From an uncultured Lachnospiraceae bacterium (GTDB lineage: Bacteria; Bacillota; Clostridia; Lachnospirales; Lachnospiraceae), in assembly GCA_964635395.1 (NCBI GenBank), contig CAZWNX010000001.1, forward strand, positions 1 to 53,503: DNA of 53,503 nt, in the 5' to 3' direction. Within the stretch, counting starts at the first letter, position 1, and each line of letters begins with the position of its first letter. A program made the position numbers and the translations under genes. Below, piece after piece: positions 37,136-46,949 of the stretch. Under the pieces are notes generated by a model, which searched no databases, was not told the origin of the DNA, and saw nothing but the letters and a program-made list of their open reading frames with translations.

Positions 37136-38830
37136 ATGGGGAAAAACAGTATTTTAGTAGTGGAAGACATGGAATTGTATAAAGAATTACTAAACCATGA
37201 GATGTATAAAGAGTATGATTTTATAGAAGTAAGTAAAGTTAAAAAGGCAATGAATTATATAAATAAGAACAGAGATAGAATTGCAATTATAATTTTGGAT
37301 TTGAAAATATCCAAAGAGGACGGCTTCTTTTTTCTAACATCGCTAGAAAAGGAAGATGGACTGACGAAGATTCCGGTTATGATTGTTGCAATGGATCGGA
37401 GTAATGAAGCCTTTTCATTGAGGCATGGCGCATGGGATTTTATAGACAAGCCAGTTGATTTAGAAGTGTTAAAAGCTAGAATGGATGCAATTGTGGAACG
37501 AAAAAGCACAATTGATATGCTTATGAAACGAAAAGAGCTATATGCTGAGCAGTTATCCTATATGACAGTATATGATGAATTGACAGGAATTTATAATCTG
37601 AAAACATTTTTTGCAAAAGCAAAAACAATGATGGTGTCAAATCCAAATATAAAATATGCCTGTATGGTTTTTGACATTAATCGATTCAAATTAGTGAATG
37701 AATTATTTGGACATGGTGTCGGAAATCAATTATTATGTCATATTGCAACGTGCCTTGCTACGAATCTTCGTGAAGAACGCGGTGAGGTATGTGGTAGAAT
37801 GCACGCAGACACGTTTGTTGCATTATTTCCGTTTGATAAGCAAAAAATTGAACATTTGGTTATGGAATCGGAAGGGTGTTTGGCAAAATTTGGTGTCTTT
37901 ATAGAATTGGTAGCATCATTTGGAATTTATGTTGTGAATGATTCATCGCTCAGTATTGATTTGGTTTGTGATCGAGCAATGATGGCCCGTAGTTCTATAA
38001 AGGGTAATTATATAAAGCGATTTGCCTATTATGATGAGGCCTTGCATAATCAACTACTTTGGGAACAAGAAATTACGAATGAAATGGTTCATGCTTTAAA
38101 TAGTAAGCAATTTCAAATATATTTACAACCAAAATGCAGCTTGCGTTCTGGAGAAATTTTGGGAGCAGAGGCACTTGTTAGGTGGTTGCACCCAGAAAAA
38201 GGGGTGATTTCCCCGAATGAATTCATTTCCATTTTTGAAAAAAATGGTTTTATCTTCAAGATGGATGAGTATGTGTGGGAGCAAACCTGTGAGTTGATTA
38301 AGAAATGGTTGACGCAGTATAAACATGTATTACCAGTTTCAGTAAATGTATCAAAACAAAATTTGTACCACCCAGAATTTAGTGATATTTTACTTGGTAT
38401 CATTGCAAAATATGATATTCCACCAACGTTACTCGAACTTGAGTTAAGTGAAACAGTTTATACAGATGATTCCGAGCATTTAGTTCAAACAATGGCAAAG
38501 CTTCAAAATGCTGGATTGCGAATTATCATGGAAGATTTCGGAAGTGGGTTCTCATCACTTAAAATGCTACATGAAGCTGGAATTGATTGTTTGAAAATTG
38601 ATTTAAGAGATGTAGTTGATAAAACAATGAATGGAAAAGGAGAAATTGTTTTAGAAAGCATTATTACACTAACTAAGAAGCTGAATCTACCAGTTGTAAT
38701 TGAGGGCGTTGAAACAAAAGAGGAAGTAGATTTTTTGAGGACAATCGGATGTGATGTTGCTCAAGGATACTATTACTCTAGACCAGTCTTGATTTCAGAG
38801 TTTGAAAAAAGGGCATTTCGATTTGATTGA
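37136..38830 (+). CDS. Response regulator: REC + degenerate GGDEF (HADTF) + EAL c-di-GMP phosphodiesterase
   Basis: REC domain (ILVVEDM..., IIILDLKISKEDG). GGDEF-like domain with GRMHADTF. EAL domain with the EALVRW, NVS, ELSE, EDFGSGFSS, KIDL and EGVET landmarks. Confidence 0.85.
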   Translation: MGKNSILVVEDMELYKELLNHEMYKEYDFIEVSKVKKAMNYINKNRDRIAIIILDLKISKEDGFFFLTSLEKEDGLTKIPVMIVAMDRSNEAFSLRHGAWDFIDKPVDLEVLKARMDAIVERKSTIDMLMKRKELYAEQLSYMTVYDELTGIYNLKTFFAKAKTMMVSNPNIKYACMVFDINRFKLVNELFGHGVGNQLLCHIATCLATNLREERGEVCGRMHADTFVALFPFDKQKIEHLVMESEGCLAKFGVFIELVASFGIYVVNDSSLSIDLVCDRAMMARSSIKGNYIKRFAYYDEALHNQLLWEQEITNEMVHALNSKQFQIYLQPKCSLRSGEILGAEALVRWLHPEKGVISPNEFISIFEKNGFIFKMDEYVWEQTCELIKKWLTQYKHVLPVSVNVSKQNLYHPEFSDILLGIIAKYDIPPTLLELELSETVYTDDSEHLVQTMAKLQNAGLRIIMEDFGSGFSSLKMLHEAGIDCLKIDLRDVVDKTMNGKGEIVLESIITLTKKLNLPVVIEGVETKEEVDFLRTIGCDVAQGYYYSRPVLISEFEKRAFRFD

Positions 38831-38855
38831 CATTTGCAAGTAACTCTATTAAAAT
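38827..38855 (+). promoter_or_regulatory. Promoter for tRNA-Leu(CAG)
   Basis: TTGACA (38827-38832, overlapping the stop of the preceding gene), 17-nt spacer, TAAAAT (38850-38855). Confidence 0.55.
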
Positions 38856-38878
38856 AAAACTTGTGCATTCATTTGCTT

Positions 38879-38962
38879 GCAGGAATGGCGGAATTGGCAG
38901 ACGCGCACGGTTCAGGTCCGTGTGGTAGCAATACTGTGAGGGTTCGAATCCCTTTTCCTGCA
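38879..38962 (+). tRNA. tRNA-Leu (anticodon CAG)
   Basis: Class II tRNA. Acceptor GCAGGAA/TTCCTGC plus A, anticodon stem CACGG/CCGTG, loop TTCAGGT (CAG at 38913-38915), long variable arm, T-loop GTTCGAATC. Confidence 0.9.
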
Positions 38963-39049
38963 GTAAAAGCTTAGGAAAGCAAGGAGATTTTTATTGACTT
39001 TTTAATTGATAAGTGATAACATTTTATTCGCAGTGTGGTTTGCACATTT

Positions 39050-39133
39050 GCGGGAGTGCTGGAATTGGCAGACAGGCAAGACTAAGGATCTTGTGTCTGT
39101 ATAGACGTGAGGGTTCAAGTCCCTTCTCCCGCA
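39050..39133 (+). tRNA. tRNA-Leu with apparent AAG anticodon (A34)
   Basis: Acceptor GCGGGAG/CTCCCGC plus A, anticodon stem CAAGA/TCTTG, 7-nt loop CTAAGGA with U33 and G37, which puts AAG at 39084-39086. Variable-arm hairpin GTCT-gtat-AGAC. T-arm GAGGG-TTCAAGT-CCCTT. Confidence 0.8.
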
Positions 39134-39135
39134 CG

Positions 39136-39166
39136 ACTCCTAGGTGTTTTACTTAGGAGTTTTTTT
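39136..39166 (+). terminator. Rho-independent terminator after the tRNA-Leu genes
   Basis: Stem actcctaggt/acttaggagt (about 10 bp with one G:U pair) followed by T6. Confidence 0.7.
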
Positions 39167-39197
39167 GTTATCTGGGAAATGAATTGGAGGTAATAGG

Positions 39198-40352
39198 GTG
39201 AGTAAGATATTTGGGATAAAAAAGAGTAAGCGATGGGTTGCAATTTGCTTGTTAGTAGTACTTACACTTGCAATGGGTTGTAAAAAAGAAGATGATATGG
39301 CATATCTAACGGTGGCTGATGTTAGTGAAGTGATTGACCAAAAAAGTACAATTAATATTTACATTGCAGATGAGGCCAACCAAAAAATTGCTACGAAAGA
39401 AGTCGAAATTGAGCAATTAAAAGCGAATGATTTGTTACAACTTTGGGTAAAAGAAAATCAACAAATTTTGCAGCAAAGTTCTCTTTCAGTTAATTCGATT
39501 GCAATCACGCAATTAGATGTTGAGCGAGTAATCGATATTCAATTAAATGATGCATTTGTGCAGTTATTCCAAGATGCTAGTGCGGAAAAAGAATATTTAA
39601 TTATGGGCAGTTTTGTGAATACGTTTTTAGCCGCATATGATAGTGATAAAGTAAGAATTACTTGCGAAAAAGCGAATCTAGAACTTGTTCAGAAAAAGTA
39701 TGGTGATTATTTGTATTTATATAAGTCTAGTTATGAAGAAGAGAAGATAGAAGATACAAAAAAACTTCAATATGATGTGACAAGTGTTCAACAAGAGGAT
39801 GGAGAATTAAGGCTGATTTATCCTAAAATTATCGATCATTCAAAGAAAGAAATAGAGACAAAAGTAAATGAAGTTATTGAGAAACGAATTGATACGATCA
39901 TTTCAGAAAACAATTACTCAACAGTTGGATTAGAATTTGAGATCGCAAACATAGAGAATGAACTATTATCATTGGTTTTTTATGGAGAAGGATACGGCGA
40001 CGAGATGGCATATCCTGTTCGATTCTGTTATACCTATAATTTTGACATGCTAACGGGAGAAGTCTTAACATTAGAAGATCTAATGCCAATTGAGGATGCT
40101 GTTGAAATGATGAGATTTGGTCTTGGTTATGAAATGGAAAAACCAATGATAGAAAAAGAAGATTTTTCACAGTATATTGAGATGAATAAGCCTGAAGGTA
40201 TGCTTGAAGAGTTAAAGCAGTTTGATTTTAGAGAGCAGGATACGCAAGAACAGCCTCTTGGCTATTCCTATCAATCAGGTGAGGATATTTATTTAGTTGT
40301 ACTCGTTCCACACGCACTAGGCGATTACGTTCAGGTGAAATTGAACCGATAA
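39198..40352 (+). CDS. Lipoprotein with GerMN-like N-terminal half and DUF4163/DUF3298-like C-terminal half
   Basis: 384 aa, GTG start. Signal peptide with lipobox LTLAMGC. The domain assignments rest on motif resemblance only. Confidence 0.6.
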   Translation: MSKIFGIKKSKRWVAICLLVVLTLAMGCKKEDDMAYLTVADVSEVIDQKSTINIYIADEANQKIATKEVEIEQLKANDLLQLWVKENQQILQQSSLSVNSIAITQLDVERVIDIQLNDAFVQLFQDASAEKEYLIMGSFVNTFLAAYDSDKVRITCEKANLELVQKKYGDYLYLYKSSYEEEKIEDTKKLQYDVTSVQQEDGELRLIYPKIIDHSKKEIETKVNEVIEKRIDTIISENNYSTVGLEFEIANIENELLSLVFYGEGYGDEMAYPVRFCYTYNFDMLTGEVLTLEDLMPIEDAVEMMRFGLGYEMEKPMIEKEDFSQYIEMNKPEGMLEELKQFDFREQDTQEQPLGYSYQSGEDIYLVVLVPHALGDYVQVKLNR

Positions 40353-40365
40353 TATTGAGGTATAT

Positions 40366-40725
40366 ATGAAGATTGTAAAACAGTTCTTAGTCATTATTAT
40401 AGTAAGTTTTATTGCGGAGGTATTACATCATGTAATACCTTTGCCTATTGCTGCGAGTGTATATGGATTGGTCATTATGTTGGTTTTATTGATTACAAAA
40501 ATAGTTAAGATTGAGCAGGTTGAAGAAACAGGAAGCTTTCTGATTAGTGTTATGCCAATCTTATTTATTCCACCAACAGTATCTTTGGTAAGTGTTGTGA
40601 GAAACTTGGGAAGTCAGATTGTAGGCTACTTTATCCTTGCTTTGATCTCGACACTTATTACAACAGTGGTGACAGGACATATTGTTCAAGGAATAATAAA
40701 AAGCAAGAAGAAAGGACGTGATTAA
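40366..40725 (+). CDS. lrgA: CidA/LrgA-family holin-like protein
   Basis: 119 aa with 4 TM helices, and the characteristic pairing with a downstream LrgB gene. Confidence 0.85.
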   Translation: MKIVKQFLVIIIVSFIAEVLHHVIPLPIAASVYGLVIMLVLLITKIVKIEQVEETGSFLISVMPILFIPPTVSLVSVVRNLGSQIVGYFILALISTLITTVVTGHIVQGIIKSKKKGRD

Positions 40726-40728
40726 GCT

Positions 40729-41415
40729 ATGGAATTATTAGAAAAGAGCCTCTTTTTTGGTGTTGCTATTAGTCTTTTGGGGTATATGGTTGGGGTTTAC
40801 ATTCAGTCAAAATTACCATACCCAATTTTTAATCCAATGCTTATAGGGTCCGTTTTTGTGATTGTTGTATTGGGCGTTTTTAAGATTGATTATGAAGTAT
40901 ATAAAAAAGGAGCTAATTATTTATCTTATTTTTTGACTCCTGCTACAGTATGTCTTGCAATACCGTTATATAAGCAAATATCATTACTGAAAAAGAATGT
41001 TGTGGCAATCTTTGGGGGAATCCTGGCGGGAACGCTTGGACATTTGGTGACCATTGTCCTACTTGGAGCCTTTCTTCGCTTAGATTCAAAAATCATTATT
41101 TCTGCACTTTCGAAATCAGTAACCATGCCAATTGCATTAGGAATTAGTGGAGAGGTTGGAGGAATTGAAGAAGTTACAATTGTAGGTGTGACAATTGCTG
41201 GATTAACAGGAGCAATATTTGGACCATTCATTCTCAAAGTGTTCAAAATTCAGGAGCCAATTGCACAGGGATTGGCAATTGGAACAGCATCTCATGCTAT
41301 GGGAACTTCAAAAATGGTAGAGGTTGGTCAAGTTCAGGCAGCGATGAGTTCAGTGGCAATTGTAATTACGGGGTTATTGACGGTGATTCTAGTCCCAATT
41401 TATCTGTCGATCTAA
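40729..41415 (+). CDS. lrgB: LrgB/CidB-family membrane protein
   Basis: 228 aa, multi-pass. Motifs LTPATVCLAIPLYKQ and SKSVTMPIALGIS. Confidence 0.85.
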   Translation: MELLEKSLFFGVAISLLGYMVGVYIQSKLPYPIFNPMLIGSVFVIVVLGVFKIDYEVYKKGANYLSYFLTPATVCLAIPLYKQISLLKKNVVAIFGGILAGTLGHLVTIVLLGAFLRLDSKIIISALSKSVTMPIALGISGEVGGIEEVTIVGVTIAGLTGAIFGPFILKVFKIQEPIAQGLAIGTASHAMGTSKMVEVGQVQAAMSSVAIVITGLLTVILVPIYLSI

Positions 41416-41510
41416 AATTGTAAAATAAAAAAGGAAATAAGTAATATACGCAGAATATTATAATTAGTGCGTATTGTGATTTGAAGGTGATCGACGTAAG
41501 GAGATCTTTT

Positions 41511-42512
41511 ATGACAATTAGAGAAACGTTAGAACAACGTGAAAAGGATTTGTTAAGTAAATATGCGTGTTTAAGTACACAGTCTAGGGGCAGGCAAAGG
41601 GATGAGGAACAATGCGATATACGGCCAGTTTTTCAAAGGGATCGAGACCGAATTATCCATTCAAAGGCATTTCGACGACTCAAGGATAAAACACAGGTGT
41701 TCTTATCTCCTGAAGGAGATCATTACCGGACTAGACTGACACATACGTTAGAAGTAGCGCAAAATGCTCGAACCATTGCAAAAGCACTTGGATTAAATGA
41801 GGAATTAGCTGAAGCGATTGCGTTAGGGCATGATTTAGGACATACTCCCTTTGGTCACGCTGGCGAGAGGGCGTTAAACAAACTTAATCCAAATGGTTTT
41901 ATTCACAGTGAACAAAGTGTTCGAACAGTTGATTTTTTAGAAAAAGATGGTCGGGGTTTAAATCTCACCTATGAAGTGAGAGATGGTATTTTAAACCATC
42001 AAACCACCAATATGCCAATGACTTTGGAAGGTAAAATTGTTCGCTTATCTGATAAAATAGCATATATTCACCACGATATGGATGATGCAATAAGAGGTAA
42101 TTTATTAAAGGAAGAAGATGTACCAAGAAGAATTGGCGAAATCATAGGGTATTCAACCAGAGATCGACTAAATCATTTTATACATGATATTGTTATAGAA
42201 AGTACAGATAAAAACGACATCTGCATGTCAAAAGAAGTCGATTGGGCAATGAAGGAGCTAAGAACATTTATGTTTGAAGCGGTCTATATGAGTCCAATTG
42301 CAAAATGTGAGGAAATTAAGGCTGAGGCACTTATTGAATCCTTATATCACTATTATTATGAGCATTTTGATTTAATTCCTTATGAGATGCTTAGACTTAT
42401 GGAGCAAAATTCTAAAGAGCAAATCGTTTGTGATTATGTTGGAGCAATGACGGACCGATTTGCAATTGCAAAGTATGAAGAAATTTTCATTCCTAAAACA
42501 TGGCATGGCTGA
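41511..42512 (+). CDS. dGTP triphosphohydrolase-like HD-domain protein
   Basis: RDRDRIIHSKAFRRLKDKTQVF, and HD motif RLTHTLEVAQ...GHDLGHTPFGH. The ATG at 41511 follows AAGGAG. Confidence 0.9.
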   Translation: MTIRETLEQREKDLLSKYACLSTQSRGRQRDEEQCDIRPVFQRDRDRIIHSKAFRRLKDKTQVFLSPEGDHYRTRLTHTLEVAQNARTIAKALGLNEELAEAIALGHDLGHTPFGHAGERALNKLNPNGFIHSEQSVRTVDFLEKDGRGLNLTYEVRDGILNHQTTNMPMTLEGKIVRLSDKIAYIHHDMDDAIRGNLLKEEDVPRRIGEIIGYSTRDRLNHFIHDIVIESTDKNDICMSKEVDWAMKELRTFMFEAVYMSPIAKCEEIKAEALIESLYHYYYEHFDLIPYEMLRLMEQNSKEQIVCDYVGAMTDRFAIAKYEEIFIPKTWHG

Positions 42513-42543
42513 TAAGGCAATATGAATTAAGTAGGTGAATACA

Positions 42544-44328
42544 ATGTATTATTCAGAAGATGTAATTGAACAAATACGACAAGAAAATGATGTTGTGGAT
42601 ATTATTTCTGGATATGTTCGTCTTCAAAAAAAAGGTACAAGTTATTTTGGACTATGTCCCTTTCATAATGAAAAATCACCTTCTTTTTCGGTTAGCAAGA
42701 ATAAGCAGATGTACTATTGTTTTGGATGTGGTGCAGGCGGAAATGTGATTACATTTATTATGGAGTATGAGAACTATTCATTTTTTGAAGCGGTTAAATT
42801 TCTTGCGGACAAAGCGGGGATTACATTGCCGGAAGTGGAGTATCAAGAAGAGCAAAGAACGCATGAAAAGAAGAAAGCGTTATTGTTAGAACTGAACAAA
42901 GAAGCAGCAAAATACTTTTATTATCAGTTGCGAAGCCAAAATGGTGCAGCTGGATTGAATTATCTTGTAAATAGAGAATTAAAGGATGAAACAATCAAAC
43001 AATTTGGGTTGGGATTTGCAAACAAAACAAGTCAGGATTTGACGAATTATCTTGTTGATAAAGGATACTTAAAAGAAGATATTATTGAGGCTGGTTTAGC
43101 TAGTTTTCATGAGAAGTATGGAGTGATGGATAAGTTTTGGAATCGAGTCATGTTTCCAATTCAGGATATTCATCATCGTGTAATTGGTTTTGGAGGAAGA
43201 GTAATGGGCGAGGGAGATCCGAAATACCTGAACTCACCTGAAACACCGGTTTTTGATAAAAGTCGAAATCTATATGGGCTAAATTTTGCAAGAACAACAA
43301 GAAGAGATCACTATATTTTGTGCGAAGGCTATATGGATGTTATAGCGCTTCATCAAGCTGGTTTTACCCAGGCAGTTGCGTCTTTAGGAACGTCTCTCAC
43401 AAGCGGGCATGCAAACCTATTAAGAAGATATACAAAGCAGATTTATCTTGCCTACGACAGTGATCAAGCAGGGGTGAAAGCGTCCTTACGAGCAATTGGA
43501 GTACTCAAGGAAGTTGGACTTTCTGCAAAAGTAATCGATTTATCACCGTATAAAGATCCGGATGAGTTTATGAAAAACCTAGGCATTGATAAATTTGAAG
43601 AACGAATTTCTCAAGCAGAAAACAGTTTTGTGTTTGAAATTCGTAATTTAGAAAAGGAATTTGACTTAAAGGACCCAGATGGAAAAACCAGGTTTTTTAA
43701 TGAAATTGCGAAAAAGCTCTGCTTGTTTACAGAAGAAGTTGAGCGCGAAAATTATCTTGAAGCAATTACAGTGAAGTATGGTATGAATCGTGATCATATG
43801 CGTAAACTAGTAGTTTCCCATGCTACAAAAGCAGGATATGTTGCAGAGAGTGAAAAGTATAAAACGGCTGGAAAATCAAAAGTATCAATGGAAGAATTAA
43901 AGCAAAGGAACCAAAAACTACTTTTGACATGGATTAGTGAAAAACCAGAAATCTATCAGATGATTCGCACATATATTTCACCAAATGATTTTACTAAAGA
44001 TATTTTTCAAAAGGTCGCGATTCGACTTTTTCAGGAAATTGAAGAGGGTAGAATGAATCCAGCAGGAATTATCAGTATGTTCACAAATGAAGAAGAGCAA
44101 AGGGAAGTTGCATCTTTGTTCAATTCTAAGTTAGATCGTTTAGAAACAAAGCAAGATAAAGAACGGGCATTACACGAGATTATGTTAAATGTTAAGCAAA
44201 CGAGTCTTGAGTACCAAACAATGCAATTGGGTGCAGATGTAAAAGCACTTTCAAAAGTAATAGAATTGAAAAAGGAAATTGAAGAATTGCGAAAAGCGAA
44301 TATTTCTTTGGAAAATAATGATGAATGA
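42544..44328 (+). CDS. dnaG: DNA primase
   Basis: Zinc-ribbon [30 protein letters not shown], and TOPRIM EGYMDV...YDSDQAG. The ATG at 42544 follows AGGTG. Confidence 0.95.
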   Translation: MYYSEDVIEQIRQENDVVDIISGYVRLQKKGTSYFGLCPFHNEKSPSFSVSKNKQMYYCFGCGAGGNVITFIMEYENYSFFEAVKFLADKAGITLPEVEYQEEQRTHEKKKALLLELNKEAAKYFYYQLRSQNGAAGLNYLVNRELKDETIKQFGLGFANKTSQDLTNYLVDKGYLKEDIIEAGLASFHEKYGVMDKFWNRVMFPIQDIHHRVIGFGGRVMGEGDPKYLNSPETPVFDKSRNLYGLNFARTTRRDHYILCEGYMDVIALHQAGFTQAVASLGTSLTSGHANLLRRYTKQIYLAYDSDQAGVKASLRAIGVLKEVGLSAKVIDLSPYKDPDEFMKNLGIDKFEERISQAENSFVFEIRNLEKEFDLKDPDGKTRFFNEIAKKLCLFTEEVERENYLEAITVKYGMNRDHMRKLVVSHATKAGYVAESEKYKTAGKSKVSMEELKQRNQKLLLTWISEKPEIYQMIRTYISPNDFTKDIFQKVAIRLFQEIEEGRMNPAGIISMFTNEEEQREVASLFNSKLDRLETKQDKERALHEIMLNVKQTSLEYQTMQLGADVKALSKVIELKKEIEELRKANISLENNDE

Positions 44329-44341
44329 GAGAGGTTTAAAA

Positions 44342-45451
44342 ATGGACGAAAGTTTACAGTTGAAATTTGCCGAAAGAATGAAAGAAATCCTTGTAGTTGC
44401 TAAGAAAAAGAAAAATGTATTGGATTACCAAGAAGTAAGTGATTTTTTCCAGGAATTCTCACTAGAAGAAGAACATTTAGATAAAATTTTAGAGACGCTT
44501 GAACAATCAGGTGTGGATGTATTAAAGATTGTTGAGGAAGATGAGCCAGACGAAGAAATTATTTTAACTGAAGACGATGAAGTGGATGTTGAAAAAATAG
44601 ATTTATCAGTACCGGATGGTGTTAGTATTGAAGACCCAGTTCGTATGTATTTAAAAGAAATTGGAAAAGTAGCTTTATTAAGTGCTGAAGAAGAAATCGA
44701 ACTTGCGAAAAGGATGGAAGTTGGAGATGTTGAAGCAAAGAAAAGACTTGCTGAAGCCAATTTACGTCTTGTAGTAAGTATTGCAAAACGCTATGTGGGA
44801 CGCGGTATGTTATTTCTTGATTTAATTCAAGAAGGAAATCTTGGACTTATTAAAGCGGTAGAAAAGTTCGATTACCGAAAGGGTTATAAGTTTTCAACAT
44901 ACGCTACTTGGTGGATTCGCCAAGCAATTACAAGAGCCATTGCTGATCAAGCAAGAACAATTCGAATACCAGTTCATATGGTTGAGACAATTAATAAATT
45001 GATTCGCGTTAGTAGGCAGTTACTCCAAGAACTCGGACGTGAGCCACTACCAGAAGAAATTGCAGAACAAATGAATATGACAGAAGAACGTGTTCGTGAA
45101 ATTTTAAAAATTTCACAAGAACCTGTATCACTAGAAACTCCAATTGGGGAAGAAGAAGACTCACATTTAGGTGATTTTATTCAAGATGACAATGTTCCAG
45201 TCCCAGCAGATGCAGCTGCATTCACCCTACTTAGGGAGCAACTAGGAGAAGTTCTGGATACATTAACAGAGAGGGAACAAAAAGTATTGAAATTAAGGTT
45301 TGGATTAGACGATGGTCGTGCAAGAACCCTAGAAGAAGTTGGAAAAGAATTTAATGTAACAAGAGAAAGAATTCGCCAGATTGAGGCAAAAGCACTTCGT
45401 AAATTGAGACATCCTAGTCGCAGTAGAAAGTTAAAGGATTATTTAGATTAA
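44342..45451 (+). CDS. sigA: Primary RNA polymerase sigma factor (sigma-70/SigA)
   Basis: Regions 1.2 to 4.2 are present ([45 protein letters not shown]). The ATG at 44342 follows GAGAGAGG; the track start at 44279 overlaps dnaG. Confidence 0.95.
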   Translation: MDESLQLKFAERMKEILVVAKKKKNVLDYQEVSDFFQEFSLEEEHLDKILETLEQSGVDVLKIVEEDEPDEEIILTEDDEVDVEKIDLSVPDGVSIEDPVRMYLKEIGKVALLSAEEEIELAKRMEVGDVEAKKRLAEANLRLVVSIAKRYVGRGMLFLDLIQEGNLGLIKAVEKFDYRKGYKFSTYATWWIRQAITRAIADQARTIRIPVHMVETINKLIRVSRQLLQELGREPLPEEIAEQMNMTEERVREILKISQEPVSLETPIGEEEDSHLGDFIQDDNVPVPADAAAFTLLREQLGEVLDTLTEREQKVLKLRFGLDDGRARTLEEVGKEFNVTRERIRQIEAKALRKLRHPSRSRKLKDYLD

Positions 45452-46158
45452 TGGAGCTTTCAAATAGATTATATGCAATTGCTAAAATGGTTTCAAAACA
45501 TTCAAAAGTTGCAGATATTGGATGTGATCATGGATATTTATCCATTTATTTGGCAAAAGAGAAACAGTGTGAACGAGTGATTGCGATGGACATCAATCGC
45601 GGACCGCTAGACCGAGCGCAAAAGAACATACAACGATATGGACTTGATCAAACGATTCAGACACGTCTTTCAGATGGTGCAAAAGCACTACATGCAAATG
45701 AGGTGAACACGCTTATCTGCGCAGGAATGGGTGGTTTGTTAATGAAAAAAATCCTTGCTGACGTTGACCTTAATCATTTGGGTATAGAGCAACTAATTTT
45801 GCAGCCCCAATCTCAAGCACAAATATTACGATTATTCTTGCGAGAAATAGGGTTTGCTATTATAGATGAAGATGCTTTGTTTGAGGATCATAAGTATTAT
45901 CAGATTATCCATGCACGTAGGATGAATACGATAATAAATGACAGTTCTCATTTGGATGATTATTTTGGACCTGTTCTATTGCAAACAAAGAATCCTGTTT
46001 TATTGACATACTTACATCAAGAACTTGCTAAAATAGAAGCGATCGCATTAAGGATGCAGCAAGATGGAATTCCAATGAGTGATCAAGAAATTGCTCAAAA
46101 GCAAAGTAGAATAACAAATGCACTAGAATTCATGCAGAGGGATAGAAATGAAATGTAA
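45451..46158 (+). CDS. trmK: tRNA (adenine22-N1)-methyltransferase
   Basis: LSNRLYAIAKMV...VADIGCDHGYLSIYL and AGMGG. Its position after sigA matches Bacillus. Confidence 0.85.
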   Translation: MELSNRLYAIAKMVSKHSKVADIGCDHGYLSIYLAKEKQCERVIAMDINRGPLDRAQKNIQRYGLDQTIQTRLSDGAKALHANEVNTLICAGMGGLLMKKILADVDLNHLGIEQLILQPQSQAQILRLFLREIGFAIIDEDALFEDHKYYQIIHARRMNTIINDSSHLDDYFGPVLLQTKNPVLLTYLHQELAKIEAIALRMQQDGIPMSDQEIAQKQSRITNALEFMQRDRNEM

Positions 46159-46924
46159 TCAAATCATAAAATTGCTCGAAGATTTAGCAAAACCACGGTA
46201 TAGAGAAAGCTGGGATAATATTGGGTTGCTTGTAGGCAATATGGATAAAGAGGTTCATAAAGTACTGCTTGCCCTAGACGTTTCCGCAGCTGTAGTTGAG
46301 ACTGCAATCGCATTAGGTGTAGATTTGATTATTAGTCATCATCCCATAATCTTTACCCCATTAAAACAAGTAAATAGTCAAAGTTTCATTTCAAAAAAAG
46401 TAATTCAATTAATACAGAATGATATCTCATGTTATGCAATGCATACAAATTTTGACGTAGCCGTTATGGCAGAGGCGGTTGCTAATAAGTTAGGCCTAGA
46501 AAATACGACAACACTTGTAACAACGGTTCCTGAAGAAAACAAAGGTTTTGGAAAAATCGGAATCCTTTCAAAGGGAATCCCGCTGTTTGAGTACGCCGAT
46601 GCTGTTAAAAAGATATTTAAACTTCCTTATATAAGAGTATGTGGAAACGAGAATACCATTATTAATCGTGTTGCAATCATTCCTGGTTCAGGGAAAAGCA
46701 TGATTTCAGATGCAGTTTACGCGCAGGCTGACCTTTTAATAACGGGCGATATTGATCACCATAGTGCGATTGATGCAATAGATCAAAATCTCAATATAAT
46801 AGATGCTGGGCATCTTGGAACCGAGCAAATATTTGTGGACTATATGGCTGACTATTTGCGAGAGAATTTTTCGAAACTGAGTATTGAGACCTATAAGGGA
46901 GATGATCCATTCAGGATTCTTTAG
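46148..46924 (+). CDS. Nif3-like dinuclear metal centre protein (YqfO family)
   Basis: 258 aa. WDNIGLLVG, LIISHHP and AGHLGTE motifs. Confidence 0.85.
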   Translation: MKCNQIIKLLEDLAKPRYRESWDNIGLLVGNMDKEVHKVLLALDVSAAVVETAIALGVDLIISHHPIIFTPLKQVNSQSFISKKVIQLIQNDISCYAMHTNFDVAVMAEAVANKLGLENTTTLVTTVPEENKGFGKIGILSKGIPLFEYADAVKKIFKLPYIRVCGNENTIINRVAIIPGSGKSMISDAVYAQADLLITGDIDHHSAIDAIDQNLNIIDAGHLGTEQIFVDYMADYLRENFSKLSIETYKGDDPFRIL

Positions 46925-46949
46925 AATAATGACAGAGAGGGACAAAAGG

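Noticed and set aside
44279-44341. N-terminal extension of sigA overlapping the end of dnaG
   Set aside because: The extension has no RBS and would overlap dnaG by 50 nt. The ATG at 44342 has a GAGAGAGG RBS and yields a normal SigA N-terminus.
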